64,000 nt of DNA from Fidelibacterota bacterium (GTDB lineage Bacteria; Fidelibacterota; UBA8477; JABMPR01): contig JADHUM010000003.1 in assembly GCA_016784545.1 (NCBI GenBank), forward strand, positions 3,983 through 67,982, in the 5' to 3' direction. This document shows positions 28,557 to 39,284 of the stretch, piece by piece. Below the pieces are notes generated by a model. The model searched no databases, was not told where the DNA came from, and saw nothing but the letters and a program-made list of their open reading frames with translations. The position numbers were made by a program, and so were the translations under genes. Within the stretch, counting starts at the first letter, position 1; the number at the start of each line of letters is the position of its first letter.

Positions 28557-28808
28557 CTATGCATCCTTCTTCAATTGATCTAAATCTAATACTTTGAAGA
28601 GGCGTTCGGATACCGATTCAGGAAGCTCGCATTCATTTTCCACAACCTTGTACAGCTTGACGGAACGCTGCATAGTATCATAATAGACTCTGCACTCTGG
28701 ACATTCTTCCATGAGCAGGCCTACCTCCTGACACAATTCAGAGCCGATATCCGCACCAAAATCCAGACAGATCTTCTTTTGCAGCTCTACATCATGTTTG
28801 GGCTTCAT
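28557..28808 (-). CDS. Soluble zinc-finger-type anti-sigma factor
   Basis: LCQEV..LMEECPECR; TAATG translational coupling to the ECF sigma gene. Confidence 0.75.
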   Translation of the reverse strand: MKPKHDVELQKKICLDFGADIGSELCQEVGLLMEECPECRVYYDTMQRSVKLYKVVENECELPESVSERLFKVLDLDQLKKDA

Positions 28809-29419
28809 TATACCAACCAACCTTCACGTTTTAAAAAGGTACTCATCCTGTCTCTCAAAAAGAGTCTGGCCCGCATCAGTCTTACCTTCACATTGCTCTC
28901 AGAAAGCTTCAGGATTTCGGCTGTTCTTGCCGTGGACAGCTCTTCCAGATCTCTCAGGACAAATACTGAACGATATTTTTCATCCAGATCATCCAGAGCA
29001 ACCTTAAGTGCAATCCTAAACTCTTCATCTGAAACTTTGGTTTCGATGTACTCCGGCCAATCTGCTATTTTCAGCCCGTGGAGATTTTCGAAATCCGGTT
29101 CCTGAATGGAGTATGAAATCTGCATCCTGGATTGCTTTCGCAATTTGCCGAGAGCGATATTCACACCAATGCGGTAAATCCATGTATAAAAGCTGGATTT
29201 CCCCTTGAAGGTGTGGATCTTTTGAAATGCTGTAATGAAAGTTTCCTGAAGCATATCTTCAGCATCTTCATTATTTCGCAGCATGCGCAGTCCCAGATTG
29301 TAGATGCGGGAAGAATACATGGTCACCAACTGTGACTGAACCTTCCGGTCTCCATCTCGGGCTGCCTGGATTAGCTCCGGCGTCTCTTCAATTGTCAATT
29401 CACGTTTTATTGGATGCAT
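28808..29419 (-). CDS. ECF RNA polymerase sigma factor (true start may be TTG at 29398)
   Basis: DAEDMLQETF, FKGKSSFYTWIYRI, VFVLRDLEELS, VKVRLMRAR. Confidence 0.93.
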   Translation of the reverse strand: MHPIKRELTIEETPELIQAARDGDRKVQSQLVTMYSSRIYNLGLRMLRNNEDAEDMLQETFITAFQKIHTFKGKSSFYTWIYRIGVNIALGKLRKQSRMQISYSIQEPDFENLHGLKIADWPEYIETKVSDEEFRIALKVALDDLDEKYRSVFVLRDLEELSTARTAEILKLSESNVKVRLMRARLFLRDRMSTFLKREGWLV

Positions 29420-29440
29420 TTCCTGTTCAGTCGTTACAGA
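29408..29440 (-). promoter_or_regulatory. Putative autoregulatory ECF promoter
   Basis: TCTGTAAC-N17-ATCCAATA, same geometry as the other two sites. Confidence 0.5.
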
Positions 29441-29452
29441 AGGAATTATACT

Positions 29453-29950
29453 TTATGACAAGACCAATCCAGTTGAAACCAGGGTATAGCGCATATCAGC
29501 TACTTTGTGAACCGTCTTTTCAGCGCGTTCACTTTCACAAGCGCCTTCACCACTGTGCTCTCCACCCTCAGCACAAGCCTGGTGTGATCCTAAGGGATTT
29601 GAGATTTTTTCAACGATGAACAGTCCTTCCATATCAACATTGCGACCCATAGCATCGGCTGGAACGATAAAGGCTTCATCTTTGAATCGGACGGTTAAAA
29701 CATTTTGTCCGTCACTCACCTGCATCCAGCAACCCTTATGTTTGCATAGATCAGTCACTGTGCCAGAGACCCTAACCATTTGACCATTCAAATCTTGAGC
29801 CTGGGTAAATACCTCTGCAACGGGAGTTACTTTGGTCATTGAAAGGCTCTGTCCAAATTGATCCCCGGCACCTTCTGCTGTTTCAGAACTGCAAGCCATA
29901 AGACCAAGACTTAAAACAAGTAAAACTAATAGATGTGTGTGTTTGTACAT
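29453..29950 (-). CDS. DUF4920-like OB-fold lipoprotein
   Basis: Lipobox LMAC; GTVTDLCKHKGCWM, VRFKDEAFIVP. Confidence 0.8.
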   Translation of the reverse strand: MYKHTHLLVLLVLSLGLMACSSETAEGAGDQFGQSLSMTKVTPVAEVFTQAQDLNGQMVRVSGTVTDLCKHKGCWMQVSDGQNVLTVRFKDEAFIVPADAMGRNVDMEGLFIVEKISNPLGSHQACAEGGEHSGEGACESERAEKTVHKVADMRYTLVSTGLVLS

Positions 29951-29961
29951 GATATCCCCTT

Positions 29962-30384
29962 CTAAAAACTGTTATTTTTTCTAATTCTAAAATACATGTA
30001 TATCCCCGTGCTTCCCATCACCAGCATAATAACTGCTAAAATATCATAAAGTAGAAAGCCGAATTTACCAAAAAAATCTCCGGTATGAAGGTCAAGAATC
30101 ACCCAACGCAGGGGGACACTCTTCTCTTCAACAAATATCGCTTTGGTGCCCTGTCTATCCCTGGTGGTCTCCAGCCGATTTTCATAGTGATCAGGGAGAA
30201 TACTGAGGGGGACCCGGGACGTCTGTATGGGTTTCAAATCATCCTGGTGGATAAGGAGAATGCCCGTGATCGAAATAACAATAAGCAGTACAACTGAAAC
30301 AAGACTCACCCATTTACTATAACCAAATGTATACCTATGAAATTTGCGCCAGGTGCGCATCGATCGAGAGGAACCCTTGTTCAA
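29962..30384 (-). CDS. PepSY-associated TM helix protein
   Basis: [33 protein letters not shown]. Confidence 0.8.
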   Translation of the reverse strand: MNKGSSRSMRTWRKFHRYTFGYSKWVSLVSVVLLIVISITGILLIHQDDLKPIQTSRVPLSILPDHYENRLETTRDRQGTKAIFVEEKSVPLRWVILDLHTGDFFGKFGFLLYDILAVIMLVMGSTGIYMYFRIRKNNSF

Positions 30385-31445
30385 AGCGACTCCAGTCGAT
30401 TGACCATCTCCGCAGCCACAAGTTTCTCATGAAGCTCGGAAAGATCACCATTGGTAATTTCTTCCAAACGATATAAGGTCAAATTTATTCTGTGATCCGT
30501 AACCCGACCCTGTGGATAATTGTAGGTTCTGATCTTGGCACTTCTATCACCGGTTGAGACAAGTGTTTTACGCATTGCTGCAACTTGGCTATCCTGCTTC
30601 TCATGTTCTGCGGCCAATAGACGAGCACGCAATACTTTCATCGCTTTATCTTTGTTCTTATGCTGAGAAGTTTCATCCTGACAAGAGACTACCAAACCAG
30701 AAGGCATGTGGGTGATGCGGATTGCAGATTCAGTTTTATTGACATGCTGTCCACCTGCACCACTGGCACGGAATGTGTCAATTCTTAAATCTCCTGCATT
30801 AATCTCAACGTCAACTTCTTCCGCCTCAGGCAATACAGCCACAGTTGCAGCTGAAGTATGAATTCGACCACTACTCTCAGTCTGAGGAATTCGCTGAACC
30901 CGATGGACACCACTCTCAAACTTCAAAGTACCGTATGCATCCTCACCTGTAACTTGGATGATGGCTTCCTTCGTTCCACCCCCACCCAGCTCATTCAAGG
31001 TGATGAATTCATATTTCCAGTTTTTTGCTTCAGTATAACGCTGATACATGCGAACCAGGTCCGATGCAAATAGAGCTGCTTCATCACCACCAGCACCCGC
31101 TCTGATTTCAAGAATGGCAGCTCCTTGATCCAGTGGATCTTTGGGGATCAAGAGAATTTTTAAATCGTCCTCAAGCTTGGCTTTTTCAGCAAGAGAATCA
31201 TCCAGTTCTTCACGAACGATTTCTTTTAGCTCATCGTCATCACCACGAAGGATGGACTCACCCTCGTCAATAGTGGTCATCAACTCTTCATAGCTATGAA
31301 ATACTTCCAGAACATGGGATAGATCATTATGCTCTCTGGCTATTTTCGCATACTTGCGATTATTGGCCATGAGCTCAGGATCAGAAAGCTGATCCTCGAG
31401 TTCTTTAAACTTCACCTTGAGAGCAGGAAGTTTTTCCAATAACAT
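30381..31445 (-). CDS. prfA: Peptide chain release factor 1
   Basis: [13 protein letters not shown] (PxT), [23 protein letters not shown]. Confidence 0.97.
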   Translation of the reverse strand: MLLEKLPALKVKFKELEDQLSDPELMANNRKYAKIAREHNDLSHVLEVFHSYEELMTTIDEGESILRGDDDELKEIVREELDDSLAEKAKLEDDLKILLIPKDPLDQGAAILEIRAGAGGDEAALFASDLVRMYQRYTEAKNWKYEFITLNELGGGGTKEAIIQVTGEDAYGTLKFESGVHRVQRIPQTESSGRIHTSAATVAVLPEAEEVDVEINAGDLRIDTFRASGAGGQHVNKTESAIRITHMPSGLVVSCQDETSQHKNKDKAMKVLRARLLAAEHEKQDSQVAAMRKTLVSTGDRSAKIRTYNYPQGRVTDHRINLTLYRLEEITNGDLSELHEKLVAAEMVNRLESL

Positions 31446-32440
31446 TAGTCAATGGCCTCAGCAACAAAAGATTGACCCTGATATTTCTCCAGATCATCAC
31501 CAAAAGCAAACTTAAGTGATTCAAGAGCGACCGTGAGTTGATCATCATCAGGTTCTCTGGTTGTGATGTTCTGTAGCCAGATGCCGGGAGCCGCTAATGC
31601 TCTCACCCAGGCGATATGACGATATTTTGAGCTCAGTTTCAATATTTCGTATCCCACACCAGCAACCAGTGGGATTAAGGGCAGGTGTGTCAATAATCTG
31701 ATCTGTAAAGTCATTTCGCCAGCAAAGAGTTTCACGATGCTGTCGATAATGGCAAACATGATAATGGAAGATAAAAGCACGATAAAAATAAAACTGGTCC
31801 CACAGCGAGGATGTTGGGTTTGGAAGGGTCTTGCAGAATCAAGATCCAGTGGCTTGCCTGCTTCAAATGTGTAGACCGCTTTATGCTCGGCACCATGATA
31901 CTGAAACAGTCTTTTCACATCATCCAGGAGTGAAATACCCCAGAGATAGGCCAGAAACAGGGCGATTCTGATTATTCCAGACACGACGTTAAAGGTAAAC
32001 GCTGTCTCTGAAAGATTTAACAGATTGCCTGTTACGAATAGTGGTGTGACAAAGAAAAGACCTAATCCAATTCCAAGTGCCAAAGCGGTTCCAAGAAAGG
32101 ATAACACTTTATCCTTCAATGTCATTTCGGCTGAACTATCTTCCTCATAAGCTATTTCTGCAGACTCGTTGAGTGTACCAATACCCATTTTCATGGATTC
32201 AAAAAGAGCTATCATGCCACGCAGTACTGGTTTTTTGAGTATGGCAATTTTTTCTGTCAGTGAAGTGAATTCCTGGCGTCTGGTAATAATCTCGCCCTGG
32301 GGGTTCCTCACAGCAATAGCATAGGCACCAGGCACACGCATCATCACACCTTCGATGATAGCTTGCCCACCGACCAGTATGGTTTGCTGGGCGGTGAGAA
32401 ATGCCTGGATAAAAACGCGGATCGAGCGTTTGGGCTTCAA
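31445..32440 (-). CDS. DUF1385 membrane protein
   Basis: [36 protein letters not shown]. Confidence 0.9.
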   Translation of the reverse strand: MKPKRSIRVFIQAFLTAQQTILVGGQAIIEGVMMRVPGAYAIAVRNPQGEIITRRQEFTSLTEKIAILKKPVLRGMIALFESMKMGIGTLNESAEIAYEEDSSAEMTLKDKVLSFLGTALALGIGLGLFFVTPLFVTGNLLNLSETAFTFNVVSGIIRIALFLAYLWGISLLDDVKRLFQYHGAEHKAVYTFEAGKPLDLDSARPFQTQHPRCGTSFIFIVLLSSIIMFAIIDSIVKLFAGEMTLQIRLLTHLPLIPLVAGVGYEILKLSSKYRHIAWVRALAAPGIWLQNITTREPDDDQLTVALESLKFAFGDDLEKYQGQSFVAEAID

Positions 32441-32458
32441 ATCAGCTTTGGAACGGAT

Positions 32459-32671
32459 CTATTTAGCTTTTTCAGCTGTTCCATATTTTTTACGGAACTT
32501 ATCGATACGACCAGCCGTATCCAGCAATTTCTGCTTTCCAGTAAAATATGGGTGACATTCGTTGCAAATTTCTATATGCAGCTCACCAACTGTGGTATAG
32601 GTTTCGAAACTATTCCCGCAGGCACAAGCAACCTTGTGCAACTCGTATTTAGGATGGATTCCTGGTTTCAT
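32459..32671 (-). CDS. rpmE: 50S ribosomal protein L31 (zinc-binding type)
   Basis: [29 protein letters not shown]. Confidence 0.97.
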   Translation of the reverse strand: MKPGIHPKYELHKVACACGNSFETYTTVGELHIEICNECHPYFTGKQKLLDTAGRIDKFRKKYGTAEKAK

Positions 32672-32690
32672 TTTATGGGTACTCCCTTCA

Positions 32691-33878
32691 TCATTTCAAT
32701 TTAGCAACAGCGTCGGCAAATCTGCCAAGACCTGTTTTAATAGCGTCCATGGATGTAGCATAGGACAATCTTATGTGTTCTGAAGCTCCAAAAGCTGAGC
32801 CTGGAACCACCGTAATATGAGCTTCATCCAATAAATAATTTGTCAGATCGGTGTCATCTTTTATGACAACACTCCCAGCCTTTTTTCCAAAGAGACCTGA
32901 AACTTTGGGAAAAGTATAGAAAGCACCTTCAGGCATGAGACAGCTTACTCCAGGCATGGCATCAAGAGCTGCCACCATATAGTTTCGCCGTGCAATGAAT
33001 TGTGCTCGCCAATCATCGAGAAATAATGGTGGTTCCGTCAAGGCTACCTCAGAGGCAAACTGGGCAATTGAATTGGGACAACCAGTTGCCTGGCCCTGAA
33101 ATTTCCCCATAGCTACAGCAAGTTCTCTTGAAGAAGCACTGTATCCCATACGCCAGCCTGTCATTGCGAATGCCTTGGACATGGTTTGGACGGTAATGGT
33201 CTTCTCATAGGCATTTTCAAAACCAGCCAGGCTTAAATGTTCCCCATCGTATACCAGGGCTTCGTAACACTCGTCACTGATCAACCACATATCGTTTGTA
33301 GCAGCTACCTCTACAATGGCTTGCAAACTTTCCCGATTGAGAACAGCGCCGCTGGGGTTAGAGGGTGTGTTAACGATAATCCCTTTTGTCTTTGGAGAAA
33401 TCCCCTTGAGCAATTGATTACGGTTTATTTGAAAACCATCTTCTTCACGGGTTTCAACATAGACAGGTTCGGCACCACTTAATTTGACTATTTCCGGATA
33501 GGTTACCCAATAGGGTGTGAGAATAATGACTTCATCACCCTCGTCAAACAAGGTCATCATAATATTAAATAATGAGTGCTTACCACCGTTTGAAACGACA
33601 ATCTGATTGGTCTCATAGTCAAGACCATTGTCTTTTTTTAATTTTTTAACGATGGCCTGCTTAAGGCTACTGGTTCCAGAACCTGGCGTGTAGCGTGTAT
33701 GTCCCTCTGCCAGCGCTTTATTCGCTGCCGCTCGGATGTGCTCAGGTGTGTCAAAATCCGGTTCACCGGCACCAAAGGAAATGACATCAATGCCCTGTTC
33801 TTTTAGACGGGCTGCAGCTTCAATCACAGCCATGGTGGCTGAGGGTTGTAAGGCGTTGATTCTTTTAGCAAAACTCAT
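32691..33878 (-). CDS. PLP-dependent aminotransferase class I (aspartate aminotransferase-like)
   Basis: [36 protein letters not shown]. Confidence 0.92.
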   Translation of the reverse strand: MSFAKRINALQPSATMAVIEAAARLKEQGIDVISFGAGEPDFDTPEHIRAAANKALAEGHTRYTPGSGTSSLKQAIVKKLKKDNGLDYETNQIVVSNGGKHSLFNIMMTLFDEGDEVIILTPYWVTYPEIVKLSGAEPVYVETREEDGFQINRNQLLKGISPKTKGIIVNTPSNPSGAVLNRESLQAIVEVAATNDMWLISDECYEALVYDGEHLSLAGFENAYEKTITVQTMSKAFAMTGWRMGYSASSRELAVAMGKFQGQATGCPNSIAQFASEVALTEPPLFLDDWRAQFIARRNYMVAALDAMPGVSCLMPEGAFYTFPKVSGLFGKKAGSVVIKDDTDLTNYLLDEAHITVVPGSAFGASEHIRLSYATSMDAIKTGLGRFADAVAKLK

Positions 33879-33908
33879 TTCTTATATACTCTCCTTAAAA
33901 AGCCGCGC

Positions 33909-33938
33909 AATATATCTGCACCCCCCCTGTCTTGGCAA
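33909..33938 (-). promoter_or_regulatory. Putative sigma70 promoter with GC-rich discriminator
   Basis: Minus strand TTGCCA-N18-TATATT-GCGCGGC; the spacer contains G7. Confidence 0.55.
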
Positions 33939-34058
33939 GGGAAAGGTGGGACAATGATCTGGTTTTGATGCTCATTAAAATGTTGCGAATTCTCATATAA
34001 AAAAGAGCGCAGATATGACTCCACGCTCCTCCATTACTTGGATGTATTATAAATAAAA

Positions 34059-35312
34059 CTATGAATTCATGGTCTGGATAAACTCTTTATTTGTGCTTGA
34101 ACGCTGCATGCGCTCCAGGAGGAATTCCATGGCTTCAACAGGGGTCATCTCGTTGAGTAGTTTCCTCAATATCCAGGTCCTTGAAAGCTCAGCCTTGGAA
34201 AGGAGGAGTTCTTCTTTTCTGGTACCGGAGCGATTGATATCGATAGCTGGATAAATTCGACGATCACTGAGACGACGATCGAGAACCAACTCCATATTAC
34301 CAGTACCCTTGAATTCTTCAAAAATAACATCATCCATGCGGGATCCAGTTTCAATCAGGGCTGTGGCCATGATGGTTAAACTGCCACCATGTTCCACATT
34401 TCTGGCTGCACCGAAGAAGCGCTTGGGACGGTGTAGCGCGTTGGAATCAATACCACCTGAGAGAATTTTACCACTATGGGGAATAACTGCATTGTGGGCA
34501 CGTGCAAGACGTGTGAGACTATCCAGCAGGATGACCACATCTTTTCCAAATTCTACCATACATTTTGCTTTATTAAGGACCATATCCGCGACTTGAACAT
34601 GACGTTCTGGCGGCTCATCGAAAGTAGATGCGATGACCTCAGAGTCAACCATGCGACGCATATCGGTCACTTCCTCAGGTCGTTCATCAATAAGCAGAAC
34701 GATGAGCGTAACATCAGGATGATTTTGAACAATGGAGTTGGCAATGTCCTGCAACAGGATCGTTTTACCTGTTTTGGGCTGAGCAGTAATAAGACCACGC
34801 TGACCTTTACCCACAGGGCTTATTAAATCCATAACGCGCATTGAATAACTCTTGGGGCCACGCTCCAGAGTCAGTTTGGTGTCCGCATACAGGGGAACGA
34901 GTGTGTCAAACTGAGGAACAATTCTACCCTCTTCAGGATTTTGATAATTGATTGCCTCAATTTTGAGTAGAGCGAAATAGCGCTCATTGTCCTTGGGGGG
35001 ACGAACCTGACCCCACACAATTTGTCCTGTGCGTAATCCAAATCTTTTTATTTGTGAGGGCGATACATAGATGTCGTGGGCTCCAGCCAGATAATTGTTG
35101 TCTGCATCTCGGAGGAAGCCATATCCATCAGGCAAGATTTCTAAAACACCTTTGGAAAACATCATGCCCGCACTCTCGGTTTGGGCTTCGATGATGGCTT
35201 CGATTAAATCCATCTTTTTCTGACCGGAGACTGCTGGCACTGCCAATTCCTGGGCAATATCTGCCAACTCTTTCAACTTCATTTTCAGAAGTTGCGTAAT
35301 GGTTAAACTCAT
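34059..35312 (-). CDS. rho: Transcription termination factor Rho
   Basis: [38 protein letters not shown]. Confidence 0.98.
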   Translation of the reverse strand: MSLTITQLLKMKLKELADIAQELAVPAVSGQKKMDLIEAIIEAQTESAGMMFSKGVLEILPDGYGFLRDADNNYLAGAHDIYVSPSQIKRFGLRTGQIVWGQVRPPKDNERYFALLKIEAINYQNPEEGRIVPQFDTLVPLYADTKLTLERGPKSYSMRVMDLISPVGKGQRGLITAQPKTGKTILLQDIANSIVQNHPDVTLIVLLIDERPEEVTDMRRMVDSEVIASTFDEPPERHVQVADMVLNKAKCMVEFGKDVVILLDSLTRLARAHNAVIPHSGKILSGGIDSNALHRPKRFFGAARNVEHGGSLTIMATALIETGSRMDDVIFEEFKGTGNMELVLDRRLSDRRIYPAIDINRSGTRKEELLLSKAELSRTWILRKLLNEMTPVEAMEFLLERMQRSSTNKEFIQTMNS

Positions 35313-35416
35313 TGAAATAAACCTGTTCTTTTGTGATTGATATTTTTGTTAAATTTCTGTAAAAAAGTATTGTTGGGAGATTAGATCTGCATTTTCAGCG
35401 TTTGAATTGCAACCTG

Positions 35417-35444
35417 AATTTAATCTGCACCTATACCTTGTCAA
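35417..35444 (-). promoter_or_regulatory. Putative sigma70 promoter of rho
   Basis: Minus strand TTGACA-N16-TAAATT. Confidence 0.5.
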
Positions 35445-35579
35445 TTAAAATTCTAATTAATTATTTATCCGTGTGATATAGACCCTGGACATTGTTTTAG
35501 CCTTCAATCAATAGATGCAAGCAGCGATGCTCCAACTGTTTATCATTAATATCACCTTGTTAGTATCAAGATTAGAGGG

Positions 35580-36851
35580 TCAGTTCTGATCTGAATTTTC
35601 AAACATGGGAAAGAGAGATTCAGCCAAATAGTGGCTTCCAAAAAAGCAGATTACCTGGTCATCATGCACCTTAAGTTTTAGAGCGCGCTCATAGGCTGCC
35701 ACAAGGTTTGATTCAATCAGATCAGGGTTAACACCTAAATGAACCAGACTTTTCTTCTCAACAGCAGAATGCCCTGAAAAAGCGGTGAATATGACCTCCC
35801 CCGGCCAGGTTTGAAGCAGGTCAAGCATGGGTTGGATATTTTTCCTGGCATTAAATGCAGCCACAATGATTGAATCTTCTTTACCAAGTTCAAGTAGAGA
35901 TTCCAGTAATCGTGTAAGTCCCTCTGGGTTGTGAGCAACATCGTAAAGCACTGGAGGATCTTTTTGCAAAGCCTGCATGCGACCCTGCCAGATCATGTCA
36001 TCCAGTCCCAACTGGATAATGGACGCATCCAATCTGAAGCCCAACTCATCCAGTGCGGCCAGCACATTGGTGAAATTCTCCACTTGATGGCGTCCAAGGA
36101 GAGGCAATTCGATATCGATGGTCTGCCCGGATATACTGCAGCGAATCCGCTGAGACATGCCATGATGAGTGACGGTCTCAATCTTGACCCTGTCTGGGAC
36201 ATAAATATATGTGGAATTCACTTGTTGACTCTTGTGTTCAACGATCTGTTTGACAACATCAGGATTCTTTCCAAGAAGAATTGGGCGTTGCGATTTAATA
36301 ATGCCTGCCTTTTCACCTGCAATCTGAGCGAGATTGTCTCCCAGGATATTCTCATGGTCCATTGACACACTGGTAATGATACTGGCGATAGGATTCACAA
36401 CGTTTGTGGCATCCAGACGGCCCCCCAGGCCAGTTTCAATCACAGCATAGTCAACTGATTGTTCCTTAAAGTATTCCATCCCAAGGGCAGTGAGAACTTC
36501 AAAAAAGGTAATGCCCAATTCGTCAATATGAACCCGCCATTCCTCAACTTTTCTGATGATAAACTCATCAGAAACCAGGGTATTACCAACTCTGATACGC
36601 TCGTTTGGTTTGATCAGATGTGGCGAGGTAAACAAACCCGTTTTTTTACCATAAGCCCTTAGAATAGCAGCCAGCATTGCTGCGGTGGAACCTTTTCCAT
36701 TGGTTCCAGCAATATGAATAACCGGATATGATGCATGGGGATTGCCAAGCCTGTCCATAAAGGCTTCAACCCTGGACAACTCAAGCTTGACCCCTGGTAC
36801 CGTCAAGCCAAAGATATATTCGAATACTGATTTAGAATCCGGATTGATCAA
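35580..36851 (-). CDS. folC: Folylpolyglutamate synthase / dihydrofolate synthase
   Basis: IHIAGTNGKGS, FTSPHL, ETGLGGRLDATN, DVAHN. Confidence 0.95.
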   Translation of the reverse strand: MINPDSKSVFEYIFGLTVPGVKLELSRVEAFMDRLGNPHASYPVIHIAGTNGKGSTAAMLAAILRAYGKKTGLFTSPHLIKPNERIRVGNTLVSDEFIIRKVEEWRVHIDELGITFFEVLTALGMEYFKEQSVDYAVIETGLGGRLDATNVVNPIASIITSVSMDHENILGDNLAQIAGEKAGIIKSQRPILLGKNPDVVKQIVEHKSQQVNSTYIYVPDRVKIETVTHHGMSQRIRCSISGQTIDIELPLLGRHQVENFTNVLAALDELGFRLDASIIQLGLDDMIWQGRMQALQKDPPVLYDVAHNPEGLTRLLESLLELGKEDSIIVAAFNARKNIQPMLDLLQTWPGEVIFTAFSGHSAVEKKSLVHLGVNPDLIESNLVAAYERALKLKVHDDQVICFFGSHYLAESLFPMFENSDQN

Positions 36852-36892
36852 GTCGATTATTCCCCAATCTCTACTGAAATGGTAAGGTGTGT

Positions 36893-37726
36893 TTAATTGT
36901 AAGATTCCAGAACTTCCAGCTCCACCTTGAACAGCTGATCAAGGGGTCTTCCTAAAAATCTGGATGCTGTTTCTTCGAACTTTTGAGGAAAGTCAGAAAC
37001 ATAAAATTTATGCCTACCCGGGTCCCCACTCTCATGATTCAACAACCCCATCTCTTTCAGCACTTTTTGAACCCTGGTCGCTGTCTCTTCTCCTGAATCA
37101 ACGAGACGAACTGATGGCCCCATCACTTCCTGGATGATTGATTTGAGATAGGGATAATGGGTACACCCCAGAATAAGCGAATCTGGCTTCTGAGCTTTGA
37201 ATGATTCCAAATAGCTCTCCAGTACTTGTGTGACCACACCATCATGGGGCCAATCCTCTTCGACCAGAGGTACCAGCAAAGGACAAGCCTGATCCGTCAC
37301 TTCTATCTCTGGATCAAGAGCTCGGATCGCTGTTCGGTAAGCACCAGATCGTATGGTGGAGGCGGTGCCGATCACCCCAATACGTTTATGCTTTGAATAT
37401 TTTACCGCTGCTTCAGAACCAGGTTCAATTACACCTACAATTGGAATGCTAAAACTCTGTTGGAGACTCTCCAGGGCAACAGCTGATGCCGTATTACAGG
37501 CCACAACAATCATTTTGACCTGTTTTTCCCTCAGAAAAGCAGAAATTTGATGGGCGAATCTGATGACTGTATCTTCAGATTTTGAACCGTAGGGAACTCG
37601 TGCAGTATCCCCAAAATAAATGAGGTGTTCGTGGGGCAATAAATCAATGATTGCCCTTACAACTGAGATTCCTCCCAGTCCGGAGTCAAATACTCCAATA
37701 GCTTGTTCTGGGTTTAATTTATTCAC
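36893..37726 (-). CDS. murI: Glutamate racemase
   Basis: FDSGLGG, PYGSKS, VACNTA, LGCTHYP. Confidence 0.97.
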   Translation of the reverse strand: MNKLNPEQAIGVFDSGLGGISVVRAIIDLLPHEHLIYFGDTARVPYGSKSEDTVIRFAHQISAFLREKQVKMIVVACNTASAVALESLQQSFSIPIVGVIEPGSEAAVKYSKHKRIGVIGTASTIRSGAYRTAIRALDPEIEVTDQACPLLVPLVEEDWPHDGVVTQVLESYLESFKAQKPDSLILGCTHYPYLKSIIQEVMGPSVRLVDSGEETATRVQKVLKEMGLLNHESGDPGRHKFYVSDFPQKFEETASRFLGRPLDQLFKVELEVLESYN

Positions 37727-39255
37727 GGTGATAATAACTTTTCATGACGTGTTTTATATTTCATAAGGGCGTCAAATATCCCTTCTGCTGCTTTCTGTCT
37801 GTAGGAAGCCTGCTTCAACCTGCGAGCGTCATTTTTATTAGAAATAAATCCTAATTCGATGAGTACATTGGGCATTGAGGCTCCGATCAACACAATAAAT
37901 CCTGCCTGCTTAACACCCCTGTTCTGACCCACCAGCTTCTTGTCAAATTCCCTTTGCGTCAAATCGGCCAAGGTTTCACTTTGCTGCATGAAAGAGCTCT
38001 GGGCCATGGTAGCCAGGATTAATTGTTCCGTGCTCAACTTGTCGTACTGGTCAGTATTTTGTTCAAGCTTAATTACTGCGTTCTCCATCTCAGCAACGGC
38101 TACAGCGGCATCTGTTTTTCCAGGTCGGAGTAGATAGGTTTCAAAGCCTGATGCCTTTTTATTCTTATTGGCATTGACGTGGATACTCAGGAAAACTTTT
38201 CCACCGGCTTCGTTGGCGATTTTAGTACGCTCCCAGAGTGGGACAAACACATCCGTCTTTCTGGTATAAATAACTTCAATATCAGTTCTGGTTTCAATCA
38301 GCTTCCCCAACCGCTTCACAACATCCAGGGTAATCTCCTTCTCTCTGAGACCGTTACCGCGAGCCCCTGGATCATGCCCCCCGTGCCCGGCATCAAGGAC
38401 AATTTTATCGAGCTTCCACTTCTGGCGTTCTTTTTCCAGATAGTGGGATTGATCGATAACATAGGGTCTTCGAATTGTCAGTAAAATTTCCGGCGGTGAA
38501 TCGCGATGCAAAACATCGACGCCTTCTACGGTACCGCGAAGACGAAAGGTGAGTTGAGAGGTGCCATCCAATTGATCTGCAGTAACCGTGCGGATGCTGC
38601 TGTTTTTTGGAATTTCAGTATTATCAAGATCTGGCTTATTTACTTTTGCTCCAGGCAGGGTTACATAGAGCCACTCCTCGCGGTTTATCCAGGCCTTTAC
38701 AGATTTTGCATCATATCGATTGGCTGTACGAATCCGAATAACAGTCCCATTTTGCCGTTCTTCTATATTGGCAGACACGATGTCAAATGGGGAGTATTTT
38801 GTGGGTTCAGCTTCTTGTTGAACTTGCATATCAGCTGTGTCAGACCCAGACAAAATTGTTACTCCCGAGACCAGACCCACCATTTTCAGAATGTTTACAA
38901 AATCATCCATGGGTAGATAAGTGTCCCCATCAAAGAAAATGACAGCGTGGGACATCTGAAATGTTTTATCCTCAACCATGACGAAATGGTTGTAAGCGGT
39001 AACCTTAAATTTAAGGCGACCGATACGGAAGACCGACTTCCTGACGGCAGGGTTCAGAAATGCGGATATCTTATAGGCATCCAGCAAATCCTGAAGTGAA
39101 ATATATTGGTATTGATTTATTACATAGACTGGGATAGCAGGTACATATCTCTCATCATTTGCTTTTTGCAGAATAAGTTCAGTCCGTCTTGCCTGTAGAG
39201 AAGAGACCAGAAAAAGCAGGATGATTGCGAAAACTATATATCGAAGGCGGTTCAT
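37723..39255 (-). CDS. N-acetylmuramoyl-L-alanine amidase (Amidase_3)
   Basis: LDAGHGGHDPGA, FLSIHVNA, VLIELGFISN. Confidence 0.92.
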   Translation of the reverse strand: MNRLRYIVFAIILLFLVSSLQARRTELILQKANDERYVPAIPVYVINQYQYISLQDLLDAYKISAFLNPAVRKSVFRIGRLKFKVTAYNHFVMVEDKTFQMSHAVIFFDGDTYLPMDDFVNILKMVGLVSGVTILSGSDTADMQVQQEAEPTKYSPFDIVSANIEERQNGTVIRIRTANRYDAKSVKAWINREEWLYVTLPGAKVNKPDLDNTEIPKNSSIRTVTADQLDGTSQLTFRLRGTVEGVDVLHRDSPPEILLTIRRPYVIDQSHYLEKERQKWKLDKIVLDAGHGGHDPGARGNGLREKEITLDVVKRLGKLIETRTDIEVIYTRKTDVFVPLWERTKIANEAGGKVFLSIHVNANKNKKASGFETYLLRPGKTDAAVAVAEMENAVIKLEQNTDQYDKLSTEQLILATMAQSSFMQQSETLADLTQREFDKKLVGQNRGVKQAGFIVLIGASMPNVLIELGFISNKNDARRLKQASYRQKAAEGIFDALMKYKTRHEKLLSP

Positions 39256-39284
39256 ATTTAGCGTTGAAAATAGTCTGAGAGCAA

